NCBI GenBank assembly: GCA_964016885.1
Contig: OZ024747.1
Location: 3,782,001-3,846,000 of the forward strand
Origin: Eledone cirrhosa
Lineage: Eukaryota
Reading direction: 5' to 3'
Length of the DNA: 64,000 nucleotides
Every line of letters starts with the position of its first letter. The stretch's first letter is position 1. Shown piece by piece: positions 13,744 through 26,215 of this stretch. The translations under genes and the position numbers were made by a program. The notes beneath the pieces are model-generated. The model saw only the letters and a program-made list of their open reading frames with translations, made no database searches and was not told where the DNA came from.

Positions 13744-14684
13744 AATATATATATATATATACGTATATATGTGTGTGGATATCTATACTTATATATATAT
13801 ATAAGTGTATATATATACACATATGTATACATGTATATATATATGTACATATATATATATATATATATATATAAGAACATATATACACACACACACACAC
13901 ATATATATATGAGTGTGTGTGTGTGTGTGTATATTAAAATGAAGCGATGGATAATGAAACTAGATTAGAATCTCAGAGCTTTCATTAGAATTAAATGCAA
14001 AAATGGTTTGAGGATAACTTGTCAATTTTCAGGATACCATAAAAATTTTCCATGCAATATATACTCCTTCCCCCATTTTTTAAAATAAATGTGTTTCTCA
14101 CTATTAACACAATTTTTTCACTTTTTCTGGGTATTTCTGTTAAATCCCATCTCTCCTATCTCAAATAATTTATTCTTTTACTCACCAACTTAAATCAATG
14201 TTTGTTATTTTTACTTTATTTTATTTTAAAAAAAGTTTTTGCTTTGAGGGACTTCTTTTTTTTTTATAAAAAATCTCAGTGGATGTGGATGTCATAGCTG
14301 TATTTCACCAAAGAATCAATATTTTATTTACATCATGCAGTTTCGATGAATAGAACCAATTGCTGAACTTTTCATAATTACTTCTGTCAATCACTATTAG
14401 GATTAATCCCTGAAGACCCTCAATGTATGAAGATGAGAAAACCAGCTGTTGCGATAATCAAGCCTTTCCAAGAGCATCTATTGAAATAACTATAATGATG
14501 CTGTGTGTTACAGCTCACACCTATGTGTGTGTTGTGTGTTACAGCTCACACCTATGTGTGTGTGTTGTGTGTTACAGCTCACACCTATGTATGTGTGTGT
14601 GTGTTGTGTGTTACAGCTCACCCCTATGTAGGTTTAGCTGGCCTCCTCCAAGGTATATCTCGTTGGAGGTGTCTTGGGTAATTT

Positions 14685-14856
14685 AATGATAGGGACCCCA
14701 GTCCTATCATCTCATTTCTACAGCTGAGTAAACTGGAGCAACGTGAAATAAAGTGTCTTGCTCAAGAAAACAACACATCACCCGGTCCGAGAATTGAACT
14801 CACAACCTTTTGATTGTAAGCCCAATGCTCTAACCACTAAGTCATGCGCCTTCACT
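14685..14856 (-). mobile_element. SINE family B 5' part with tRNA-like head
   Basis: Minus strand: A-box-like tgacttagtggttag and B-box-like gagttcaattc, followed by the CORE-like block. Confidence 0.8.
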
Positions 14857-14969
14857 ATAAGGATTCTAACCCATGCAAGCGTGGAAGGTGGACTTTAAAC
14901 AACAATGATGATGATTATGCTAATGTCTAATGTTGTGTAATAAATGAAAGTAAATATTTTTATTCCACC

Positions 14970-15164
14970 ATACATTTAAACCGGCCATATCCAGCCAGAA
15001 TTCTCTCACCTCTTTCTGTTCAAACCGGCCATAACCGGCCACTCATATTTATATTAAGGTATTGTTTTCAAAATAAATAACATCAAAATCTCATAGATTC
15101 AATATTATGTGAGATAAAGTCTTTACCATGAAAATATAGATTAATGTAAATGGTAAAGGGTTAA
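14970..15164. mobile_element. MITE-like element ending in aaagggttaa; inverted relative at about 5080-5292
   Basis: The two loci are reverse complements of each other (gccatatccagccagaa...ctgttcaaaccggc) with TTAA-bounded ends. Confidence 0.5.
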
Positions 15165-15886
15165 GGGTCAATATACCTGGTGTTCCTGGTTGACAGGATC
15201 GAGAAGACATTACTCCAAAGAATGGCAAGTGAGAAGTGTTGGAACACCCACTCCATCTCACAGGGCTCCCACTTGTGGGGTAACCAGCTTCACTCCAATA
15301 GCAGTGAGAAGGGATGTGGTCCAGGGGCCAACAACTCTGGAAGTCTCCACTTGAAATAATTGATAATATATACCTACAACTAACAGAAATTAGATATAAC
15401 TCAATGAACCGCACCAGGTTATGCATGAAAGAACTTCTAATTTACTGCATGGATATAGAAACAAAACAATTAGCAGTAGAAATCGTTTTTTTTCCCTTTT
15501 TAAAAATACTCTGTATATATGTATGTAAAGTTTGTATATCGAATAATACATGATATATTTACGAATAAACATATTGTATATTCTTTGATGTACAATCTTT
15601 ACTTACATCCATATAGCTATGTTGGAGTGAACACCTTAATTCTACAGTGTATATACTTGATATAAGCCAATGGAATATGTGACCAAAACATGAATGAGAG
15701 TAGATATATGGGTCTGTGATGGTATGATATAGACATGTAACATGTAAATGAACAATGAGTGTTGTGTAAAGGAAAGTGCTCTATGATGTGAGTTGCTATG
15801 GAAGAAAAAGATTTAGAAAAACAGGAGAAAAGATTGTGAGGTTTAAAGCTGTTCTGTAGACACATTCAACATATGTCAATATAGAA

Positions 15887-16071
15887 ATAATTGTTTCTAC
15901 TTTTGGCACAAGGCCAGCAATTACCCAGTACATTACTGGTACTTTATTCTATCAACCTTGTAAAGATGAAAGGCAAAGCTAACCTCGGCAGGATTTGAAC
16001 TCCGAACGTAAAGGGACGCAACTCTATGCTGCAAAGCATGGCGTCAGACCTGCTACCGATACTGCCAATCC
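15887..16071 (-). mobile_element. SINE family A
   Basis: Same consensus. Confidence 0.8.
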
Positions 16072-17269
16072 AATAGAAATAATGAATGTTAAATCATTCA
16101 TGAGAATAATGTTGATGATAGTGATGACAACAATGATGGGGTTGGTGATGATGGTGGTGGTGGTGGTGATGATGATGATGATGTTGATGATAACAGCAAT
16201 GACAACAATGATGGGGTTGGTGATGATGGTGGTGGTGGTGATGATGATGATGTTGATGATAACAGCAATGACAACAATGATGGTATTGGCGATGGTGTTG
16301 GTGATGATGACGACGAGGGCAGCGATGATGATGATGATGATGTGGAGAGGAAGGATATGGTGGTTATAATGTTGGTGTTGATGATGATGATGATATATAG
16401 ATATAGTATTCTATAATAACACATTGAAAAAAATAATGTTAAAATATAACTTATTATAAAATTTAGTACAAATTGCAACTGAAATTCTTTAAGCTGGAAG
16501 CCATGTGTCGCCATACTAACATGTCATACCATTATTTAAAAAGTTCAACCGAGGTTGCTTCAGTATTCAATGTAAAGCTCCATTAAGTTACTTTACTCAC
16601 CATAACTCTATTGATTTCTTTCTTGGTACAAAATCAGTATTTTGAGGGAAAGAGGTATTATAATTGATTAGAAAGACCTTAGCTTTTAGTTAATCAATAT
16701 CTGGAGAGATGAAATACAAAGTCAACTCTCAGTGGGATTTGAAACCCTGAACGATAGAATCAATTAAATATTCTACAGTATTCCAGTGTTTTATCACTGC
16801 CACTGACTCACAGCTCTCTGTACATTACTTAAATATAGATTTTGTTTGTGTTTACATTGTCATAAGGTTAACCACTTTCAGGGAAGTGATGTGGTCAACC
16901 ATATCTAGCCTCAGTATATACCTAAAACTATTTAATAAATAAATAAATGCCAAAGGGATGAAAGACAAAGTTGGAACTCTGTGAATTTTGAACTCAGAAT
17001 TATATATTGGAATGTATCTATATATGCTCTAAGGCATTTCATACACTATTCTATTCTGTGAACTCACTGCCCTTTCTACTCTCTGCAAGTATTAATCACA
17101 ATCTTATGAAACACTCCACATAACACATACACATGAACCAATTAACTGTATATAAGAAATTATTTCTAGCCTTGCTCTAGGGGTTATAACACCAAAGTTA
17201 TTTTAGAGCAAAGCTGGAAATAATTTTGTGATGTAGAATTAATCAGAAAGTTTCTCAGTTTATTAGCTG

Positions 17270-17972
17270 ATGTTATTATGAGAAGATCACACTGACAGTG
17301 TTAAACCTGAGTTCAGAATGATGTTATGTACTGTTTATGAGAAGATCACACTGAGAATGTTAAACCTGAGTTCAGAATGATGTTATGGACTGTTTATGAG
17401 AGGATCACACTGAGAATGTTAAACCTGAGTTCAGAATGATGTTATGTACTGTTTATGAGAGGATCACACTGAGAATGTTAAACCTGAGTTCAGAATGATG
17501 TTATGTACTGTTTATGAGAAGATCACACTGACAGTGTTAAACCTGAGTTCAGAATGATGTTATGTACTGTTTATGAGATCACACTGAGAGTGTTAAACCT
17601 GAGTTCAGAATGATGTTATGGACTGTTTATGAGAAGATCACACTGAGAGTGTTAAACCTGAGTTCAGAATGATGTTATGGACTGTTTATGAGAAGATCAC
17701 ACTGAGAGTGTTAAACCAGAGCTCAGAATGATGTTATGGACTGTTTATGAGAAGATCACACTGAGAGTGTTAAACCTGAGTTCAGAATGATGTTATGTAC
17801 TGTTTATGAGAAGATCCCACTGACAGTGTTAAACCTGAGCTCAGAATGATGTTATGTACTGTTTATGAGAAGATCACACTGAGAGTGTTAAACCTGAGTT
17901 CAGAATGATGTTACTATGTACTGTTTATGAGAAGATCCCACTGAAAGTGTTAAACCTGAGCTCAGAATGATG
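17270..17972. repeat. 59-bp minisatellite, about 12 copies
   Basis: Unit tttatgagaagatcacactgagagtgttaaacctgagttcagaatgatgttatgtactg. Confidence 0.95.
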
Positions 17973-18932
17973 GAAATTGTGCAAGAATGTCAGTTTAAAA
18001 ATGTCTGAAAAACTCATCTAAAGGACAACATTTTTATATTTTTTCCTTTTGAGTTTATGAGGGAATGTAAGTGACCAATGATCATGTTCCTTTTTAGGGG
18101 AACTGAGGCTGGTGTGAGGGGGATGGAGGTATTCTCAAACTGGAGATCTGTTAGAGAATGGATCCTGCTGACGACATCCAAGGACCATGTGGTAGTGTTA
18201 AACTGGGAGATAAATAAAATCTACCATCCAATACTAGGTTGACTCAATCAGCTATTCTGTCTTCCAAAAAATAAATAAATGAATAAATAAAAAAATAAAA
18301 ATAGAAACAAAATAAACATCGAATAAATAAAAAGAGCCTTATTCTTTGTCAAGTAGAGGCACTATTTACCTTTAAAATCAAAATAAAGGAGATGAGCCTT
18401 CATCAATCTTGAGAATGGGTATTCCAGTGATTTGGTTAATGAAACAGCTTACACATTTAATTAATCTGTAAGTGGCTGAGTATTCCATAGACACTTAACA
18501 TAATCGTCAGAGATATTCAGCATGATACAGTGTTTCTCACGGCTGGCTTTTTTAATAACATGTACAGTCCTTATTATGGGCTTACATATAGTCTCTGTCT
18601 CTCAATTTCATACAGAAAGCTTGGTTCAGCTTGTGGTCACAGTACAAAACAATTGCTGCACAAGATACCACACAGGGGAACTCAGGAGTCGATACTAGAA
18701 CTTCATGAGTTTGAAGCAAACTTCTTCACCTTTCAACCATGCTTCATCCACCATTTTTATTTCACCATTAAACTACAATACCAGTCATACACTGGATTAG
18801 AGTATGTAACATCCTTCCCCTACAGAATCTCCATTGTGTCTAGAGGAAAGAGAAAAATAAAGAAAGAAAGAGAGACAAAAATTCGTTCACTGCATTTGAT
18901 TGTTTTCGTTATCTTGTATATTTTTTTCATAG

Positions 18933-19083
18933 ATGTGCTTTCAAGACTCAGCAGTGACATCTGGTGCAGGTAAAAAAGAAAAACATCTAAATGAATCGTC
19001 AACAATATCATCTCGTTCAGATGACTGTGGTCCTAGCCTTAACAGTGAAGGTGGAAACAACGGCCTTTATGAAACACTAGCTG
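18933..19083 (+). CDS. Protocadherin cytoplasmic exon 2 (MCFQDSAVTSGAGK...SRSDDCGPSLNSEGGNNGLYETLA)
   Basis: Acceptor tttttttcatag ends at 18932. Open in phase 0, matching the 8437 donor. Strong donor G|GTAAGT at 19083/19084 (phase 1). Ser/Gly-rich, with a YETL motif. Confidence 0.82.
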
Positions 19084-19285
19084 GTAAGTTCAAAGATTAC
19101 AACCTATCTGTGGCATGCAAATGAATGCATTCGAGTGGTTTTGCTCTGATGGAATCTTTGAACTATATACAACAAGGCACTCTAAAAATAATTGATTGAC
19201 ATAAGGCAGCGGGTGGTGGTGGCAGTGGGAGATGGGCAATTCTCTTTACATGCTACAATTTCATTTGAAAAGAAGCAGAAATAGC

Positions 19286-19384
<99 letters not shown>

Positions 19385-20049
19385 GGTAGTAGTAGTAGTA
19401 GTAGTGGTGGTAGTAGTAGTAGTAGTAGTAGCTTCTCTACAGATTAGATGCTGGTTGAGTCAGACCTGGTTATCTAAGGCCAATTAAACATGCTAAAATC
19501 CTATGATAATTGCGGCACTCTGCATGATACTTTTACAGTAGTAAAATACTTGTTTGAAAGATCTAAAGTATACAAGATGTTTCCTTTTACCTTCTTCTTT
19601 GTGTTTTATCTCCTTCATTTCAAAAACATCTTATTTCATCAGAATCAAGCAATTTGACAATAACAAACGTCGTCGTCTTCTTCTTCTTCTTCTTCTTCTT
19701 CTTCTTCTTCTTCTTCTTCTTCTTCTCCTTCTTATTTTCTTCTCCTCCTCCTCCTCCTTCTTCTTCTTCTTCTTCTTCTTCTTCTTCTTCTTCTTCTTCT
19801 TCTTCTTCTTGTTAGAAATTCTTATTAATCTTTTATCATTATCCCCCCCTCCCTATCACCCCCACTGTTGTCATCATCATCATCATTATTATCAATATTA
19901 CACTATATATATATTTCCATTTTAATTGTTCTAATAATAAAGTCTAGCTGATCCTGTGTAAATTTCATGGTTTAATTAACAATCATCATCAACTATTGTA
20001 AATATTGAAGATGAGTGCAGCATTTAAAATTTTTAATTTATGAGTTGAA

Positions 20050-20255
20050 TCATCATCATCATCATTTTACATCCGCTTTGCCCTGCTTGCAAGGGTGGGA
20101 CGGATCCTATTCAGCGCAGCATCTCTCCACATGTCACGGTCCTTTATCATCTCCTCCGTGAGTTTCAGCGATCTGAGGTCTGCTCTCACCACCTCCGCCC
20201 ATATTTTTCGTGGTTTTCCTCTACTGCGTCTTACTTCTACTGGGAATGACCATGA
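20050..20255 (-). mobile_element. RTE-clade LINE 3' end with (ATG)n tail
   Basis: RGKPRKIWAEVVRADLRSLKLTEEMIKDRDMWRDAAL, then the tail. Confidence 0.75.
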
Positions 20256-20569
20256 GATTTGAATGTAGAAAGTTCCCCTCAGAAGCACAAGTCCAGACAA
20301 GGTTGTTTGTGGAAGACCAGCAGTCACCCATGTATACCTGTCTCCCCTCTCCATGCCACAAGGGAAACACAATGGACAATACAATACAGCTTGGCACCAT
20401 TAACATCACAACTCATTTCTATAGCTTACTAAACTGGAGCAATGTGAAATAAAGAACCCTATATATATATGTGTTAGGTAATTCCGAAGAAAAGGCAAAG
20501 GAAAAAAGAGTGCTCTATGTATAGAACAGAGCTACGTAATTATAAAGTGAACAACACAAAATATAGCTA

Positions 20570-20637
20570 CTCCATTACCAAAGGTTTCTGGATTCCAGAC
20601 AATATTAATATACGTGTGGATCGGTCATCAGACAGAG
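20570..20637 (-). ncRNA. Hammerhead-like motif, antisense within the protocadherin intron
   Basis: Minus strand reads ctctgt-CTGATGA-(36 nt, imperfect stem)-GAAA-CC TTT GG-TA-atggag. Confidence 0.5.
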
Positions 20638-20700
20638 ATGTTATGGATATTTTCTATCCATAACATCTCTGGTAATGGAGTAGTTATATATTGTGTTGTT

Positions 20701-20730
<30 letters not shown>

Positions 20731-20733
<3 letters not shown>

Positions 20734-21140
20734 TTATTAAAATAACAGATTAAAGTTTAAGCAAAGAATCGCTGCTTTCACCCTTAACGGGATCTTCTGA
20801 AACTAACAAAGTCAATCTGTAAATGCAGAAGTGGATATTTAAAAAAACGTTGCAACCGGAGGAAGACAGGAAGACGATACTTTGGTTCGTGGAAACGTTC
20901 CCTGGCAAAGAACGGGAAAAAACGAATAATACGTCATTAATAGGAGCGGTGAAAAACAATTACGTGCAGAGACAGAACCACGTTTCAGAAGATCCCATTA
21001 AGGGTGAAAGCAGCGATTCTTTGCTTAAACTTTAATCTGTTATTTTAATAAATATTTGCTCTACGGTTCTTATATATTTGATATATATTTATCCTTATCG
21101 AGCACTCTTTGGATTTTAGTCTTCAAATTTTTTATTATTA
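20731..21140. mobile_element. (TA)n-flanked foldback element with 73-bp inverted arms; deleted relative at 55273-55380
   Basis: Arms 20731-20803 and 20982-21054 with 1 mismatch. The same arm and terminus recur at 55273-55380. Confidence 0.7.
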
Positions 21141-21556
21141 CTATATATTTTTTTCATTTTCATTTCATTTTACGTCCGCTTTTTCCTTGCTTGCAAGGGT
21201 GGGATGGGAACTGATTCTGGCTTGATTTCTACAGCTGGATGCCCTTCCTAACACCAACCTCATTTACAGTGAGTGCTGGGTGCTTTTTTGCCGTGGCATA
21301 TAATAGTATATATACCACCTCTGGTGCACCTCTCTCTCTCGTACTAATCACTACATAACATTAATCTGCTGGGACTATGAGACTAACCCTTAAACAATGT
21401 GAAGTAAACATTGGATGTTTGTTTTTGTTATCAAGAATGTGTGACTCTAGAGAGAAATGGAGAGATATACACCACCTCACTTTTTAAGTTTCCATTCCTT
21501 TTTTGTCTTCATTTAATTAAATCATTTTTGTAACTTGCCATTTCAGATTTCATCAT

Positions 21557-22093
21557 AATAATTGTTTCTACTTTAGGCACAAGGCCAGCAATTACCCCAG
21601 TACATTACTGGTACTTTATTTTATCGACCCCCGTAAGGATGAAAGGCAAAGTCAACCTCGGCGGGATTTGAACTCAAATCGTAAAGGGACGTAACTGTGC
21701 TAGAAAGCATGGCGTACGACCCTCTACCGATACTGCCAATCCACTGCCCTAACATGGTGTACGACCCTCTACCGATACTGCCAATCCACCGCCCTAACAT
21801 GGTGTCCGACCCTCTACCGATACTGCCAATCAACTGCCCTAACATGGTGTACGACCCTCTACCGATACTGCCAATCCAATGGTGTCTTATATAGGCACAA
21901 GGCCAGCAATTTTTTGGGGGAGGGGACAAGTCGATTAAATCGATCCCAAGGAATTACTGGTACTTTATTTTATCGACCACGTAAGGATGAACGGCAAAGC
22001 TAAATCAGCAGGATTTGAACGTAAAGGGATGTAACTCTATGCTTTAAAGCACATTGTCTGATGCTCTACCGATACTGCCAATCCACCACCTTA
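21557..22093 (-). mobile_element. Two SINE family A copies; the first has its 45-bp head repeated 4 times
   Basis: Consensus plus tandem catggtgtacgaccctctaccgatactgccaatcca at about 21708-21878. Confidence 0.8.
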
Positions 22094-22371
22094 ATAATAA
22101 TAATAGTACTATTCTATATATTTTATATCAGAGTAGATTATATTTTCCTGTATTTAATGTTATTTATTTCATTTAATCAGAAATATTCTGGAAGATATTT
22201 AAGCTTAAAAAATTACAGTTTTGATTGATTGTCTAACTTTAAATGTTTTTTGTACAAATGTTTACTTTGAGTTTTTTGTCTGTATTATCTAATTGTGTAT
22301 GTTGGTATTGTGGTTTAGTATAGCTTATTGTTAACAAAGAACATATCTATCTACCTTCAATCATACATACA

Positions 22372-22416
<45 letters not shown>

Positions 22417-23874
22417 GCATACATACATACATACTTACATATATATATGCATGCATGCATACATATATATACACACTTACATATATACATACATACATAC
22501 ATACAAACATACATACACACATACATACATACAAACACACATTCATACATACACATACATACTTACATACATACATACATATATATCTACATATCTACAT
22601 AGCTACATACATATATATATATCTACATACTTACCTGCCAACCAATCTACCTACCAACACCTATCTTTCTTCCTCTATTCAAATCTCAATCTACATACAC
22701 TGTTTCTGGGAGTTTCTTCTTCCTAATCCTCTGGCAAGTGATCTTCTGGTGAATGAAGCTTTCTTATAAACACATTGATTGGATTCGTAGAAATCACACT
22801 GAAACAACTTAGCAGGAATTACAGCTGCCACATATAGACAACATGTAACCACATGTAACAATGTCTAACAATCTATAAATGAGTGTAAAAATTAATCTTT
22901 AAAAATTTGTAACAATTTATGAAAATTTCTATAAAACAGCTCCTGTAGATCTTGTATAGAAAAGTCCTTTGACAATGTTTATTTGAAAAAGTTTAAGGAA
23001 AAATCTATTGAACCCTGTGGTGAACTGATGAATGTAATCAGGTACAGCCTAGTGTTTTGTGAATAGAAAGATGTTTAAATTGCATGTATATAAAACTAGA
23101 TTTTTATAGATTAAGTTTTATAAATTTTTGTTTTTGATTACATATGCAAATATATGAAATCAGTAATTTCTGTCAAGCTGGTTTAATCATGATCTGAACA
23201 GATTTAATCAATGTGTGAAAAAAAAGAAAGCTTCATTCATGATAAGGTTAATTGCCTGAGGATCAAGAATAAGAAACTCTGAGTTGTAGCTCACACACAG
23301 CTTTGAATAAATATATTCCACGCCATCTAACAGTATTGAGTGCTTTCTTTTACATTTCACACAAGATATCACCATATAGCTCTATCCATCTATCCATCCA
23401 TCCATTCACCTATCTATCTATCTATCTATCCTCCCACACACCTATCTCTCTCTACATATATATATATGTTTTTAATTTATTGTTGTATGTATGCATGTAT
23501 TTATGTATGCTGTTGTTATATATATATATGTGTGTGTCTTTGTGTGTGTGTGTGTGTGTGTATGTGTGTATGTGTGTGTGTGTGGAGTGTGTATTACTGT
23601 TCTCTTGTTGGATCTGTTTTCTTTGTCTATGGTTTACTAATGTTTCTGCAAATACTTTGAATTAGTGAAAGATATGTAACATATAGCAAGGTAATATTCT
23701 AGATTGTACACTTTTACAAAATGTTGCAGTCACAAAGACTTGTGTTGAACCACATTGGAAGGACCATTCCTGTTCTAAGTAGACTTAATCTGTTGGCTAA
23801 TTTAACTTGACCTTTGAGTGCCTTTCTAAAGTCTAAAGTCTGTCTCAAACCTGGGGGCTCATCAAGCTAGTGTT

Positions 23875-24115
23875 TATTCTGGGTTCCGTGGCGTTAAATG
23901 ACTGAGAATACAAAACTTTCCCTGAACTGGATGCCAGTCCATCGCAGGGTTAAATCTCCAGTTAGTGCTAGTATTCATTTTCTCCTGAGTATATTGGAGC
24001 AACATGAAATGAAGTGTTTTGCTCAAGAACACAACATACAGCCCAGTCCAGGAGTCAAACACTCAACATCGTGATCGTAAGTCCAATACACTTATAACTA
24101 GACCATGCTCCTCCA
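23875..24115 (-). mobile_element. tRNA-derived SINE with CORE-like and V-like (cctgcgatggactggcatcc) blocks
   Basis: tRNA-like head, ttcttgagcaaaacacttcatttca, then a V-domain-like motif (by recollection). Confidence 0.6.
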
Positions 24116-26215
24116 TATATCTGCAATTTTTTTTTTTAAAGTCCTGTAACTCTTGATGGAATTGTAAGGGCACTGCAGTAGCATGCAGCATTCCTTGGGC
24201 ATTTTTTAAGCCTGACAGAGCCCAACCTTCTCCAGGTCTGAACACAGCAGATTTCTTCCAGTGAAGGATAGGAAGTAAGAGAGAGGAGTTGAGGAATATA
24301 TATAGAGGAATAATTCATACCAGTATGAGACTGGTTTGTTTTTATCAACCGCAAAAGGCTGAAAGGCAAAGTTAACCTCAGTGGGATTTGAACTCACAGA
24401 GCAAAGAGCCAGAATGAATACCACAAGGTATTCTATCTGACTTTCTAATGACTGCCATATCAACCAATTCAGTGATACAAACAATATAAAACCTGTGATA
24501 TCCCTGATATAACAGGGACACAGTTCAAGCATGTAGTCTGGTCTGACTGATACTGCCTTTTCTAATTATACTTAAAGACAAATAATACATCATTGAGGTT
24601 AATTACTCAGCAACGTCATCTGCCTGAAAAACAGTAGCAAGTTGGAGTGTAATTACTACAAGCACAGAGGTACTATCAGCCAGGCCTATCTGAGATTAGG
24701 ACAAAATGGTGCCTGAGTACTACTGATTTGTGGAGTTTTGTTGAACAGCTGCTATCATATGTAGGATAGATCAGCTATCGGCTGAGTACATTATGAGGAT
24801 TACCCACCACCTTCTTTTGGCTGGTAAGGGCAGACAGTTTTTATCAGGCCATGGTGAAAGAGGTTGTCTTTGGCCAAACCCTCATAGACGTTTTCTTTCA
24901 AGTTTCCCTTGAAAAGAAAATGAAGGGTGGAAAGGGACGTCCTGCCTTCTAGCAAATTTACTGAAAGGTGGATGAGGGCGGTGGGCCTGGTCCAAAGGCT
25001 CTGAATATTAACCTACAGAATAAAAAAGGACAATCAGGAGAAAGCAGTTGTGTTAATGTTCATAGGGACTGGGTTTTTGGTGGGATTTTGGAAGGGTTTG
25101 TCATGAGTGCCCTTCAGAATTCTCCCATATTAGGGAATTTTATGTTTTTTGTTTAATTGTTACCACTTCTATGTTCTATTCTCATTATTTCTCATGTATC
25201 ATCCTCTTCCATCTTCCATCTTCCATTTCGAAACCCTTGCAGTTTATCAAGAACAAAATACATTATTATTATTACTGTTTTTTTTTCCTCATCAGTTTTG
25301 TTTCCATTTCTTGCCGAGTTTCTTGTTATTATTATTATTATTACCATTATTATCCAACAATTATCATAATAATAATAATAATAATGATAATAATAATAAT
25401 GGTTTATGATATAGGCACAAGGCTAGCAATCTTTTGGGGAGGAGAAGTCAATTAAATCGACCCCAGTATGTTACTGGTATGGAGTTGATAAAATAAAGTA
25501 CCAGTCATGGACTATGGTTAATTTAATCGACTCTCCCCCCAAATTGCTGACCTTGTGCCTATATAAGAAGCCATTATTATTATCATTACTCTAATTGTTA
25601 TCGCTACTGTCATCATTATTGTTATATTATTATTCATAGATGCGAGTTCTTCTTTGCATCAGCAGGATCATCTCCATATGCCTCAGGTGTGTGCAGTGTT
25701 GCTTTTGTTGGTCTTACCCCCTCACCCCAGCTTAAATTGTCCCTGCTTTCTTCTCGCTAATTTAATGCTTTTTCTCGCTAATTTAATGCTTTTTCTCGCT
25801 AATTTAATGCTTTATTTCCTTTTCTTTGACAATATATATTAGTTGAGGTCATTGACTCTTGATTTGTTTATTTTTCAGCTAATTTTGTTAGAAGTCTTGT
25901 AGTTTGTTTCTATCATAAGTGCTTTCTCAGCGGGATCTCTACACTACTAATAACTATATTATTTCTACTGGTTTTACTACTATTTAGTATTAAAAGGAAG
26001 TAACAGGCCCTTAACTCCTTTTAAAGTGATAGGGTCACCATCCTCATACACAGTGTGTCTTGGGCATTTTGAACCTGCCAGAGCCCATCCCTCTCTAAAT
26101 CAGAACACAGCTGATTTCTTCTAGAGAAAAAAATAGAAAAGCGGTGAATGATAATCATAGAAAAGATAGACTTGATATCATCCTTTCTCTATCAATTGTT
26201 TCTTTGGTCTCACCT

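Noticed and set aside
14405-14460. CTGAAGA...GAAA hammerhead candidate
   Set aside because: Stems I-III cannot be paired convincingly.
14790-14856. tRNA gene
   Set aside because: A/B-box-like head of a multicopy SINE; no convincing cloverleaf.
20855-20905. Sense-strand hammerhead (CGGAGGA-A-GAC...GTG-GAAA-CG-TT)
   Set aside because: Core mismatch, unpaired stem II base and no stem I; at most a decayed relic.
24600-24960. Second R4/Dong-like relic on the minus strand (PDKNCLPLPAK/EGG)
   Set aside because: Only one short, frameshifted resemblance; too weak to call.
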